Origin: an uncultured Ignavibacteriaceae bacterium
Lineage (GTDB): Bacteria; Bacteroidota; Ignavibacteria; Ignavibacteriales; Ignavibacteriaceae
Assembly (NCBI GenBank): GCA_964618785.1
Contig: CAZUCY010000001.1
Coordinates: 54,169-118,168, forward strand
Reading direction: 5' to 3'
DNA length: 64,000 nucleotides
This document shows positions 18,646 through 27,811 of the stretch, piece after piece; position 1 is the first letter of the stretch, and each line of letters begins with the position of its first letter. A program made the position numbers and the translations under genes. The notes beneath the pieces were generated by a model. The model searched no databases. It worked only from the letters and a program-made list of their open reading frames with translations, and was not told where the DNA came from.

Positions 18646-21576
18646 ATGCTTAACTTTAGGACAACTTTTAAAAGCCTTATTTATTTTATTGTTTTGTTCG
18701 TTTCGATAAATACTCCGGTTTTGCCGGCGGAAAGTGGCAAGATTAAAGGAAAAGTCACTGATTCAAGTTCAGGGGAAGCTTTGCCGGGTGCAAATGTTGT
18801 GATAAAAGGGATGTCTATTGGTGGTGCAACAGATATCGCAGGAAAGTATCTTATTGCACAGGTACCGAAGGGGAAGCAGATTGTACAAGTATCTTATGTG
18901 GGATATACGACTAAAGAAATTCAGGTCAATGTAGTTTCTGATCAAACTACTGAAATTGACGTTCAACTGGTTTTCAGTACGGTAAATCTTAAAGAAGTTG
19001 AAGTAACTGCTCAGATTGAAGGTCAATCTGCGGCAATTAACCAGCAGCTAAGTTCAAATACTATAGTTAATGTTGTTTCACAAGATAAAATTCAGGAGTT
19101 ACCTGATCAAAATGCTGCAGAAACTCTTGGGCGTTTACCCGGAATTGCAGTTCAAAGAGATAATGGGGAAGGGCAAAAAGTTGTTGTTGATGGTTTAGCT
19201 CCAAGATTTACTAATATTACGATAAATGGTGTACAAGTCCCTGCAACTTCTCAACCGGGAGATTTTACTACTGACGGTTCAGGTGATGTAGATGATCGTT
19301 CTGTTGATTTAAGTATGATATCGCCGGATATTCTTGAGGGGATTGAAGTCTTCAAGGCTTCCAGACCTGATTTAGACGGAGATGCTATTGGCGGAACCGT
19401 TAACTTTACTACAAGAAAAGCTAAGGAGGGCGCGCTAACTTCTTTCCGGATTTTTGGTGGATATAATAATCTGCAAAATGATTACGGTAATTATAGAGGT
19501 AGTTTCACCTATAGTAACCGTTTTTTTAAAAACGAAGATAGCGTATCCAAACTTGGGATGGTTATAAGCGGAAGTATTCAAAGAGCTGATCGTGCTTCTG
19601 ATGATATTGGAGGTAGTTATGATTGGACGGGAGAATTAAATGGTGGCCCAGTTTATCAAACAGCAGATGTTACGCTTACAAAACATACGGAAATTCGCAA
19701 ACGGTATGGTTTAAATCTTGCCCTCGATTATGAATTGTCTGAAAATAATGACATCTTCTTAACCAGTCTTTGGGCAGGCACTTATCAGGACCAACAAGAC
19801 CAAACTCATGACTATGACATTGCTGACGGATACCATTACCGTGATTATTTAGAAAAGTTGGTAAACTTAAATACATGGAGCAATTCACTTAACGGTAAAC
19901 ATTTATTTTGGAATTGTGAAGTGGACTGGACTCTTTCTTATTCTATTTCACAAGAAAATACTCCTTGGGAAGGTTATGCACAATTTCAGGAAACCAGCGG
20001 TTTTGCCAATAATATGCCTATTGAAAATCTTTCACCGGCATCTGTTTCTAATTATGTGCTAAACGATGCTAAAACTGCAATTTTATATCAGTCATATATT
20101 CAAACAGAAAATGTCAAAGATCAAAACACAACTGCGGAACTTAATATTCAAAATCCTTTCTCGATTAGCGACGATATCTCCGGATATATAAAAGCAGGTG
20201 GAAAGATTCGGGATAAGGAGAGAGATAAAGATGTGAACCAATGGGGTGGTTTACGCTGGTATACCGGCGAGCCTATAATGGCTGCAAATCCCGGCATTTT
20301 TACACCCGCAGTTAATAGCCCGCAGGATATTGCCCTCACAAACTTCCTTTCGCCTGCTCATTCTTTAGATAATTTCTTAGGCGGTGATTACAATTATATT
20401 GAAGTGTTAAATGAAGGTGTTCTCCACAATTTTATGGAGACTTACCAATCGATTTACAAAAAAACAATAAATTATTTGGTGGATGTTGACAATTACTCTG
20501 CCGGTGAAGATGTTAATTCTGCTTACTTAATGGCAGAACTTAAATGGAAACAACTAATTACTTTTATGCCCGGTTTTAGATATGAAAACACTTTAACGGA
20601 TTATAAAACTGAAGTGGTTAATCCTTCTGAACCAAATATTGTTATGAGAGGAGCTGCTGGTGATTCTTTAGGCAACCGGAAGTACGGAGATTTTCTCCCT
20701 ATGGCTCAATTAAAAATAAAACCTCTGGATTGGATGGACCTTCGCCTGGCTGTAACAAAAACTTTAGCGCGCCCTAATTATTTAAATTTAATCCCTTATG
20801 AAGCGCTTAGTTATGACAATTTAACATTGAGTTATGGTAATCCAAATTTAAAAGAGACAAAAGCAACTAACTATGATGCCTATCTTTCTATTTACGAGAG
20901 TAAATGGGGATTGTTCACTGTAGGTAAGTTTTATAAAAATCTTACCGATATCGATTACGTTCGTACACAGCTAATGACGGGCGGTTATTATGCGCCATAT
21001 CTAACCAATATGAAAGGCTGGACAGTTACTTCGCCCCAAAACTTACCCGGCGTAACTACAGTTGATGGTTGGGAATTTGAGCTTCAGACAAATTTCACTT
21101 TTTTACCAAGTCCTTTTGATGGAATTCTTCTTTATGCAAACCTTTCTCTTATCCATTCTGAAACCCAATATCCTTATACAAGCTATGCTACGCAAATTAT
21201 TAGCCAACCACCGTACTATGAAACAATAATGACCAATTTGACCCGGACTGCACCTATGGAAGGTCAACCGAATCAGATTGCCAATGTTACAATTGGATAC
21301 GAAAAGGGTGGCTTTTCTGGTAGATTATCTATGAATTACCAGGGAGGTGCATTGAGACAGGTTGGTTCATCTGTAGCAGATGATGAGCTGGATGCTGCTT
21401 CTTTCCGAATGGACTTTGTTATTGAGCAGCACATTTGGGAGAATCTTGGCGCTATTCTGCAAATAAATAATATCACAAATCAGGAGGAAATAACATATAT
21501 AAGATATAAAGATTATACAACCAGAACACAGGATTATGGAATGTCCTTAGACCTTGGTATTAAATTCAAATTTTAA
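18646..21576 (+). CDS. TonB-dependent outer-membrane receptor with N-terminal carboxypeptidase-regulatory-like domain
   Basis: Signal peptide. GKIKGKVTDSSSGEALPGANVVIKG...YVGYTTKEIQV is a CarboxypepD_reg-like fold. Plug region: ETLGRLPGIAVQRDNGEG and ILEGIEVFKASRPDLDGDAIGGTVNF. Long beta-barrel ending ...LDLGIKFKF with a terminal Phe. Confidence 0.9.
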   Translation: MLNFRTTFKSLIYFIVLFVSINTPVLPAESGKIKGKVTDSSSGEALPGANVVIKGMSIGGATDIAGKYLIAQVPKGKQIVQVSYVGYTTKEIQVNVVSDQTTEIDVQLVFSTVNLKEVEVTAQIEGQSAAINQQLSSNTIVNVVSQDKIQELPDQNAAETLGRLPGIAVQRDNGEGQKVVVDGLAPRFTNITINGVQVPATSQPGDFTTDGSGDVDDRSVDLSMISPDILEGIEVFKASRPDLDGDAIGGTVNFTTRKAKEGALTSFRIFGGYNNLQNDYGNYRGSFTYSNRFFKNEDSVSKLGMVISGSIQRADRASDDIGGSYDWTGELNGGPVYQTADVTLTKHTEIRKRYGLNLALDYELSENNDIFLTSLWAGTYQDQQDQTHDYDIADGYHYRDYLEKLVNLNTWSNSLNGKHLFWNCEVDWTLSYSISQENTPWEGYAQFQETSGFANNMPIENLSPASVSNYVLNDAKTAILYQSYIQTENVKDQNTTAELNIQNPFSISDDISGYIKAGGKIRDKERDKDVNQWGGLRWYTGEPIMAANPGIFTPAVNSPQDIALTNFLSPAHSLDNFLGGDYNYIEVLNEGVLHNFMETYQSIYKKTINYLVDVDNYSAGEDVNSAYLMAELKWKQLITFMPGFRYENTLTDYKTEVVNPSEPNIVMRGAAGDSLGNRKYGDFLPMAQLKIKPLDWMDLRLAVTKTLARPNYLNLIPYEALSYDNLTLSYGNPNLKETKATNYDAYLSIYESKWGLFTVGKFYKNLTDIDYVRTQLMTGGYYAPYLTNMKGWTVTSPQNLPGVTTVDGWEFELQTNFTFLPSPFDGILLYANLSLIHSETQYPYTSYATQIISQPPYYETIMTNLTRTAPMEGQPNQIANVTIGYEKGGFSGRLSMNYQGGALRQVGSSVADDELDAASFRMDFVIEQHIWENLGAILQINNITNQEEITYIRYKDYTTRTQDYGMSLDLGIKFKF

Positions 21577-21630
21577 GAATACAACAGTATTCAAATAAAC
21601 ATCAACCTTAATAAATAAAAGGAGTAAGTT

Positions 21631-23178
21631 ATGCGTACTGACTTTACAAATAAAATAATAACTTGTGTTATTATTTTTATATCCATTCTTTTTTCAAACT
21701 CGGCTACTTTTGCACAGCAGGCTATACCAAGTTTAACTGAGATAGTCAGTTATATCACCGGTGATACCCTTCAGTCTGGGGCAAGAAAAAATACTTCATA
21801 TACACTTGCTAGAGGTGGAGTATATTTTACATTAGGTACAATTCAAAATAACTTTCCTCTGACTATCTCTGCCACCGGCGATACTTCACTTGCCCGTCCG
21901 GAGCTTATTGTTATGACTGATTCAAAAGGAAATTATTCACAACCGTTCAAGCCATATAAAAATCTTACCATCCAGGGACTCTTTATGATGGGTGTGAACA
22001 CATCTGGGAGTCAGGTGCCCGATTTAATTGAAACCGGAACAACAAATGTCGATATTACATTAAATAATTGTATTGTAGACAGCGTTTCCACCAGGGTAAT
22101 TATTATGGACCAAAACTATTGCAGCGTTTTTGCTTATGATTGTTATGTACACAATGTTGCTGGCGGCAGCCATAATGGTCGTTTTATTGATGCCCGCGAA
22201 ACGGTTGCGGATACTATTGTTATTCAAAATTGTACATTTTATAATATTATGCATACTCTTGTAAATCGCTTTAGCGGTGGTCAGACGTTGTTCAAATTTG
22301 ACCATAATACGGTTTATAATATTATGCGTAATGATCTCCGGATGGATGAATCTCCGAATCTTATTGTGACAAATAATCTTTTCCTGAATACGGGTTTTTG
22401 TGGTTTTATTCCCGCTTGGGAAGCAGCATTTGATACAAATGATTTGGGCGATAGGGACGAATGGAGCCGTATAGAAATATGGCAATTAGATTCTACGTTT
22501 CCGGGAGCTACTCAACAGATAAATTTCAAGTACAATAATTTCTGGATTAATCCTGCAATTCAAGCATCCTTCCCTGATACTATATGGCCTTACAAAACAC
22601 TTGATTTTACTTTCGAAAAACAAATGGTCGGAGCTGATACTTTAACATGGGTCAATGAAGATGTTGACTTTGGAAATGTGCCTACTTGTAATTATCTTGG
22701 CATTGCAGAGCAAGCCTGGGTAAACGGTAGCCCTCAAACTAACCCTGGTTTTACTGATGCAACAAGACCTTATAATTTTACTTATTCAACTTCCTCAGCT
22801 TCATACACAGCAGGCGCCGATGGTTTCCCTTTAGGTGATTTAAATTGGTGGCCTGCTAAAAAGGCAGCATGGGAACAAACTACGGGTGTTAAAGTTGTTA
22901 ATAATAACACTCCGGTAAAGTTTACTTTGGGACAGAATTATCCAAATCCTTTCAATCCAAGCACAAATATTAATTTCTCATTAGAGAAGCCTTCTAAGGT
23001 AATTTTGGCAATTTATAATGTCCTTGGTCAGAAGGTGGCTACATTAGTAAATAACTTTATGCAGGCGGGAAGCTATACATTCCAGTTTAATGCAAGCAAA
23101 TTGGCTTCCGGTGTTTATATTTATCGAATCGAAGCTGGTGACTTTGTTTCAGCTAAGAAAATGATTTTAATGAAGTAA
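21631..23178 (+). CDS. Secreted parallel beta-helix protein with T9SS C-terminal sorting domain (candidate surface glycan-binding or lyase-like partner of the TBDR)
   Basis: AAAGGAG upstream of ATG 21631 and a signal peptide. Beta-helix coil repeats: ITLNNCIVDS, VFAYDCYVHNV, IVIQNCTFYNI, FKFDHNTVYNI, LIVTNNLFLNT. The last 81 aa (nt 22933-23175), QNYPNPFNPSTNINF...GVYIYRIEAGDFVSAKKMILMK, form a type-A T9SS CTD. Confidence 0.7.
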   Translation: MRTDFTNKIITCVIIFISILFSNSATFAQQAIPSLTEIVSYITGDTLQSGARKNTSYTLARGGVYFTLGTIQNNFPLTISATGDTSLARPELIVMTDSKGNYSQPFKPYKNLTIQGLFMMGVNTSGSQVPDLIETGTTNVDITLNNCIVDSVSTRVIIMDQNYCSVFAYDCYVHNVAGGSHNGRFIDARETVADTIVIQNCTFYNIMHTLVNRFSGGQTLFKFDHNTVYNIMRNDLRMDESPNLIVTNNLFLNTGFCGFIPAWEAAFDTNDLGDRDEWSRIEIWQLDSTFPGATQQINFKYNNFWINPAIQASFPDTIWPYKTLDFTFEKQMVGADTLTWVNEDVDFGNVPTCNYLGIAEQAWVNGSPQTNPGFTDATRPYNFTYSTSSASYTAGADGFPLGDLNWWPAKKAAWEQTTGVKVVNNNTPVKFTLGQNYPNPFNPSTNINFSLEKPSKVILAIYNVLGQKVATLVNNFMQAGSYTFQFNASKLASGVYIYRIEAGDFVSAKKMILMK

Positions 23179-23192
23179 TTGTAAAAGTTAAT

Positions 23193-23228
23193 CCGGTCGA
23201 AGCGGTTAAGCTCCGGCCGGTTCTTTTT
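23193..23228 (+). terminator. Rho-independent terminator
   Basis: 11-bp stem pairing 23193-23203 with 23210-23220 (CCGGTCGAAGC / GCTCCGGCCGG). It has one mismatch and one G-U pair. Loop is GGTTAA, followed by TTCTTTTT. It starts 15 nt after the stop of the preceding gene. Confidence 0.7.
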
Positions 23229-23707
23229 AAACAAACTGATTTAATCAGGGCTCAACAACATTATTTTAACCAAATTAAATTTTACTAAAGACGATTTTTT
23301 TGAAATACCAATGTACACTTTACTAAAATTATTTGTCGGTTTTTATAAAAATATCATCTTTGATACAATGATGGGTGCTTTTAACAGGAATTATTATAAT
23401 AATAATTATTTAGCGCTTTGAGCGGTACTAACTGATTTACGGATGTAAACCGGTAAAGATTTTTATGGCAGTACAAATACATGCCTTAATAATATCAAAA
23501 TTCCTACCGGTCAAGAATTCTCGATTTATATATTCAATAAGATAGGTAAAAAGTTATTAAAATATTTACAATTACCTATTGCAATTTACGAAGTAATTAA
23601 AGAGTAGTAATCGAATCTTTTTGCAAAATTAGGAAATGGTAAAAAATGATGAATAAAATAAATCATCAATAAATTGATCATATTCAACCAATTATGGATA
23701 ATTTGAA

Positions 23708-25975
23708 ATGAGATATCATAAATTATTTGTTATAATAATATTCTCGTTGGTTTTTTATAGTTGTAAAGCTTCCGGTATTTTAAGTGACGGGAAAACTGAC
23801 TTTACTAAGTATGTCGATCCAATTATAGGAACTGCAAAGACTACAACTATTTCGGGATTACGCCATGGTACAGGCATTGAGCAAAATGCTCAGGTGCAGC
23901 CTGCCGTTACTATGCCTTTTGGAATGACAAACTGGACTCCCCAGACGCAAAATACTGAGAAAAAATGTTTAGCTGCATATTATTATATAGATTCGGTTAT
24001 CACAGGTTTTCGGGGCACACATTGGCTTAGCGGCTCCTGTTCACAAGATTACGGATCAATGTCCGTAATGCCTGTTTCAGGTGAATTAGTTTGCAGTAAC
24101 TCAAAACGAGGTTCGAAATATAATCATACCGATGAGTTTTCCACTCCCTACTATTATCGGATTAAACTGAATGATTATGATATTATTGCAGAAATGACTG
24201 CTACTACACGCTGTGGTATTTTTAGGTTTACATTTGAAAAAGAGGGAGACGCTCATATTATAATAAATCCAAATAGTGATAAAGGGGAGGGTTATGTAAA
24301 AATATTCCCCGGTCAGAAGGAAATTGTAGGGTATAATCCGGTTTATCGCATTTTCCAGGGTTGGGGAAAACGGGCTGGTTTTTCAGGCTATTTTGTAGCC
24401 AGGATCGAAAAAACTTTTAATGAGTTTGGCGTGTACTCGGATGATGAAATTTTGAAGAATCAAATAAATATTGAAAATAAACCTGACTTAGGAGCTTTTC
24501 TATCTTTCAAAGTTAAAAAAGGAGAGCAGGTTGTTCTTAAAGTGGGAACATCTTTTGTAAGTATAGAACAAGCTCGGAAAAATTTGAATGCCGAAATACC
24601 GGAATATAATTTTGATGCCGTGAAGGAAAGCCTTAAAGAAACCTGGAATAATTTATTGTCAAAAATAGATGTCGAGGGCGATATTACAGATGACAAAATT
24701 AAGTTTTATACATCGATGTATCATAGTTTTCAGCAGCCTAGAATTTATAATGATGTTGATGGTCAATACCCCCGTTTTGATGGAAATGCTCAAACCGATA
24801 CTATAAAGAACGGAAATTATTATTGTGATTTTTCTTTATGGGATACTTTCCGGGCGCTGCACCCTTTATATAATATTATTGCCCCAAAACAAAATGCCGA
24901 TATGTTAAGGTCTCTGTTAACAATGGCAAAAGCCGGAGGCTGGCTGCCGATTTTCCCGCTGTGGAATAGTTATACTGCTGAAATGATTGGCGATCATGCC
25001 ATATCTGTTATTGCCGAAGCTTATATTAAAGGCGTTATCGATTTAAGTGAAGGAGATTATAAGATATTAAAACATAACGCTAATGATACTCCTGTTTCCT
25101 ATCAAGAATATGCTGACGGTAAAGGACGAAGAGCTCTAAGTCCTTACCTTAAATATGGTTACATCCCTTTAGAAGATTCTGTAAAGGAAGCTTTCCATGA
25201 TAACGAACAAGTATCCAGAACATTGGAGTATGCTTATGACGATTTTGCTTTAGCCCAGATTGCAAAAAAAATGGGTAAAGTAGATGATTGCTGCTATTTT
25301 ATGAAACGATCTCAAAATTATCGTAACGTCTTCGATCCGGTAGTCCACAACATCAATGCCCGTCATGCCGATGGTTCTTTTAATAAAGACTTTTTACGCG
25401 ATAAGGAAATTTCATATATAACAGAAGGCACTCCCTGGCAATTTAATTGGTTTGTTCCGCAAGATGTTAAAGGCTTGATAGAATTAATGGGTGGAACGGA
25501 AGATTTTAATAATGGTCTTGACAATTTTTTTAAAGCCGATCAGTACTGGCACGGAAATGAACCAAGTCATCAGATAGCATATCTATATGATTATTCAGGT
25601 CAACCATGGAAAACACAAAAAATTGTTGCCAATGTGATGAAAGAAGAGTATGGCATGGGACCTGGCGGTTTAAGTGGTAATGACGATTCAGGTCAAATGT
25701 CGGCTTGGTATATCTTAGGCGCTTTAGGGTTTTACCCTGTATGCCCGGTATTACCTGAATACCAAATCTGTGGACCAAAATTCAAGAAAATTACTATAAA
25801 ATTTGATGATGGAAAATCATTTATTATTAACGCTCCAAATTATTCACCTGAGAACATTTATATTCAGGGTATTGAACTGAATGGCAAAAAGTATGAATCT
25901 TATACGTTACCGCATGATTCGTTAATTCAAGGAGGTCAATTAAATTTTGAATTATCAGATAAAGTTAAAGATTAA
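23708..25975 (+). CDS. GH92 alpha-mannosidase (lipoprotein-type signal)
   Basis: Lipobox-like signal ...LVFYSC. YVDPIIGT...PFGMTNWTPQT, GNEPSHQIAYLYDYSGQPWKTQ and SGNDDSGQMSAWY, which carry the GH92 general acid and Asp pair. Confidence 0.9.
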   Translation: MRYHKLFVIIIFSLVFYSCKASGILSDGKTDFTKYVDPIIGTAKTTTISGLRHGTGIEQNAQVQPAVTMPFGMTNWTPQTQNTEKKCLAAYYYIDSVITGFRGTHWLSGSCSQDYGSMSVMPVSGELVCSNSKRGSKYNHTDEFSTPYYYRIKLNDYDIIAEMTATTRCGIFRFTFEKEGDAHIIINPNSDKGEGYVKIFPGQKEIVGYNPVYRIFQGWGKRAGFSGYFVARIEKTFNEFGVYSDDEILKNQINIENKPDLGAFLSFKVKKGEQVVLKVGTSFVSIEQARKNLNAEIPEYNFDAVKESLKETWNNLLSKIDVEGDITDDKIKFYTSMYHSFQQPRIYNDVDGQYPRFDGNAQTDTIKNGNYYCDFSLWDTFRALHPLYNIIAPKQNADMLRSLLTMAKAGGWLPIFPLWNSYTAEMIGDHAISVIAEAYIKGVIDLSEGDYKILKHNANDTPVSYQEYADGKGRRALSPYLKYGYIPLEDSVKEAFHDNEQVSRTLEYAYDDFALAQIAKKMGKVDDCCYFMKRSQNYRNVFDPVVHNINARHADGSFNKDFLRDKEISYITEGTPWQFNWFVPQDVKGLIELMGGTEDFNNGLDNFFKADQYWHGNEPSHQIAYLYDYSGQPWKTQKIVANVMKEEYGMGPGGLSGNDDSGQMSAWYILGALGFYPVCPVLPEYQICGPKFKKITIKFDDGKSFIINAPNYSPENIYIQGIELNGKKYESYTLPHDSLIQGGQLNFELSDKVKD

Positions 25976-26444
25976 ATATTCCTAAGTACAAATAGATATA
26001 TTGACAAATTGACGAACTTTGAAAAAGTCATTTATATATTTTTTACTATTTTTTTCTGCTCTGCATTTCTGCATTATAATATCGTCCGTATTTCTTTTAT
26101 ATATTGCTAAAATAATTCCCTTACTAAGTCTGTTATTGATCCCCCCATTGTTTTTATTCCATTTTTAATGACAATCCGGATTTCCTGTCACCGGATTATG
26201 TTGCCATAATTTCCGGTACGGTTTTTAATTATCCGGGCTCATCAATGTTGAAAATAAATGATTAAATGGGTATTATTAATACGCTGTCTTATAGAATGTG
26301 GAGTTCTTTAATTTTTATTATAAGAATACGGGGAAATACTTTAACCAACAAACTTAAAATTTGAACTTAAGAACAAGTTTTATTTATATGTTTAACATAT
26401 TTTTATATTTAAATATTGACCTTAACTAATGATTGGAGAGTGAT

Positions 26445-27467
26445 ATGTATTTACAACACATAAAAGTATTTGTAATTATTAAAATAGCTTTTATCCTTTC
26501 TCTGAGTTTTGTTATAAGTACTATTAACGGACAGAAAATTCCCGCTCTCAGGTTTAACAAAGATGGGAAATTTAAAATTGTCCAGTTCACGGATGTTCAC
26601 CTGAAGGAATATAATGAATCTAAAAGAGATAGCGCTATCATGGTTATGAAAACAATTCTTGAATCAGAAAAGCCCGACCTTGTTGTCTTAACTGGCGATA
26701 TCGTCACTTCAGATAATGTAAAAGCCGCCTGGTTAACTGTAATAAAGCCCATGATAGACGCGGGCATCCCTTGGGCAGTAGTGTTCGGAAATCATGACCG
26801 CGAGCATAAATTTACGAACAGGCAGATTATGGAATATTTAGTCACTCTTCCTTACAATCGTTCTCAATTTGGTCCTTCAAATATTTATGGCGTCGGCAAT
26901 TATGTGCTAAAAATTCGCGGATCAAAAATTAACAAAACTAAAGCTTTGCTTTATTGCTTTGACTCCAACGCTTATACGGGTAAAAAAGATAACGATGAGT
27001 TGGGATATTACGATTGGATCAATTTCAGTCAAATTAAATGGTATCGCGAAATCAGCAGACAATTCACAAAAGAAAATAATGGTAAACCGTTTCCGGCGTT
27101 AGCCTTTTTCCATATTCCTGTTCCCGAATATAGCGTAATAAAAAATTTTCCTACTACCGTCGGTGATAAAGATGAAGATGTTTCTTCTCCTAAAATCAAT
27201 TCGGGTATGTATGATGCGTTGCTTGAATCTAAAGATGTAATGGGAGTTTTCGTAGGTCATGATCATAATAACAATTATATCGGGTGTTTTAATAACATTT
27301 GTCTTGCTTATGGCTGCAAAACCGGGTTTGATGCATACGGCAAATTGGATAAAGGAGCAAGAATAATTGTTTTATATGAAGGGGAGCGTAAATTTGATTC
27401 TTGGATTCATACACTAAATCAATCTCAAAAATATTTTATCAGCTATCCGGAGTCGTTTAGGAAGTAG
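26445..27467 (+). CDS. Secreted calcineurin-like metallophosphoesterase
   Basis: GGAGAG upstream of ATG 26445 (the ORF-track TTG 26433 is less likely). All five phosphoesterase motifs are present: VQFTDVHL, LTGDIVTSD, VFGNHD, FFHIP and FVGHDHNN. Confidence 0.85.
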   Translation: MYLQHIKVFVIIKIAFILSLSFVISTINGQKIPALRFNKDGKFKIVQFTDVHLKEYNESKRDSAIMVMKTILESEKPDLVVLTGDIVTSDNVKAAWLTVIKPMIDAGIPWAVVFGNHDREHKFTNRQIMEYLVTLPYNRSQFGPSNIYGVGNYVLKIRGSKINKTKALLYCFDSNAYTGKKDNDELGYYDWINFSQIKWYREISRQFTKENNGKPFPALAFFHIPVPEYSVIKNFPTTVGDKDEDVSSPKINSGMYDALLESKDVMGVFVGHDHNNNYIGCFNNICLAYGCKTGFDAYGKLDKGARIIVLYEGERKFDSWIHTLNQSQKYFISYPESFRK

Positions 27468-27497
27468 GATTGATTATCCTGATTAAAACATTAAATA

Positions 27498-27779
27498 ATG
27501 TTTGATATGGAAAATAAAGATTTAAAAATAAATTATTTTTCACCCTTGATTTTATTAATTGCTTCTATCCTTGCGCAAAACAAAATCTTTTTTATAATAT
27601 CATTCGGCGCAAAAGAAAAGGGGCAAAATAATAACGAATTAGTAATCCAAAAAACAATCAATGCAGTTTCGGCTCATGGCAGGGGAAAAGTGGTTATTTC
27701 TGTGGGTAACTTTGCTTCGCGCGTAATCTTTTTAAAATCAAATATTGAGCTTCAGCTTGATTTAGTCGCGGGTCTTTAA
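27498..27779 (+). pseudogene. Decayed N-terminal relic of a GH28 / pectate-lyase-3-type beta-helix gene
   Basis: The 93-codon ORF encodes a signal peptide plus FGAKEKGQNNNELVIQKTINAVSAHGRGKVVISVGNFASRVIFLKSNIELQLD. This aligns with the intact GH28-like gene in this window (YGAKGDGKILDSPAINNAIEAASSNGGGTVYFSSGTYLSVSIHLKSNVALYID). The GDG, GGG and G-T/F signature residues are degraded. It stops 32 nt before the next gene. Confidence 0.45.
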
Positions 27780-27811
27780 AGATTAAACCGATTATTAATG
27801 AAAGAATACAA

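Noticed and set aside
21577-21630. GAATAC-aaca-GTATTC hairpin between the TBDR and the beta-helix gene.
   Set aside because: The stem is only 6 bp with no T-run. It is probably irrelevant, or at most an mRNA-stability element. Nothing supports a specific call.
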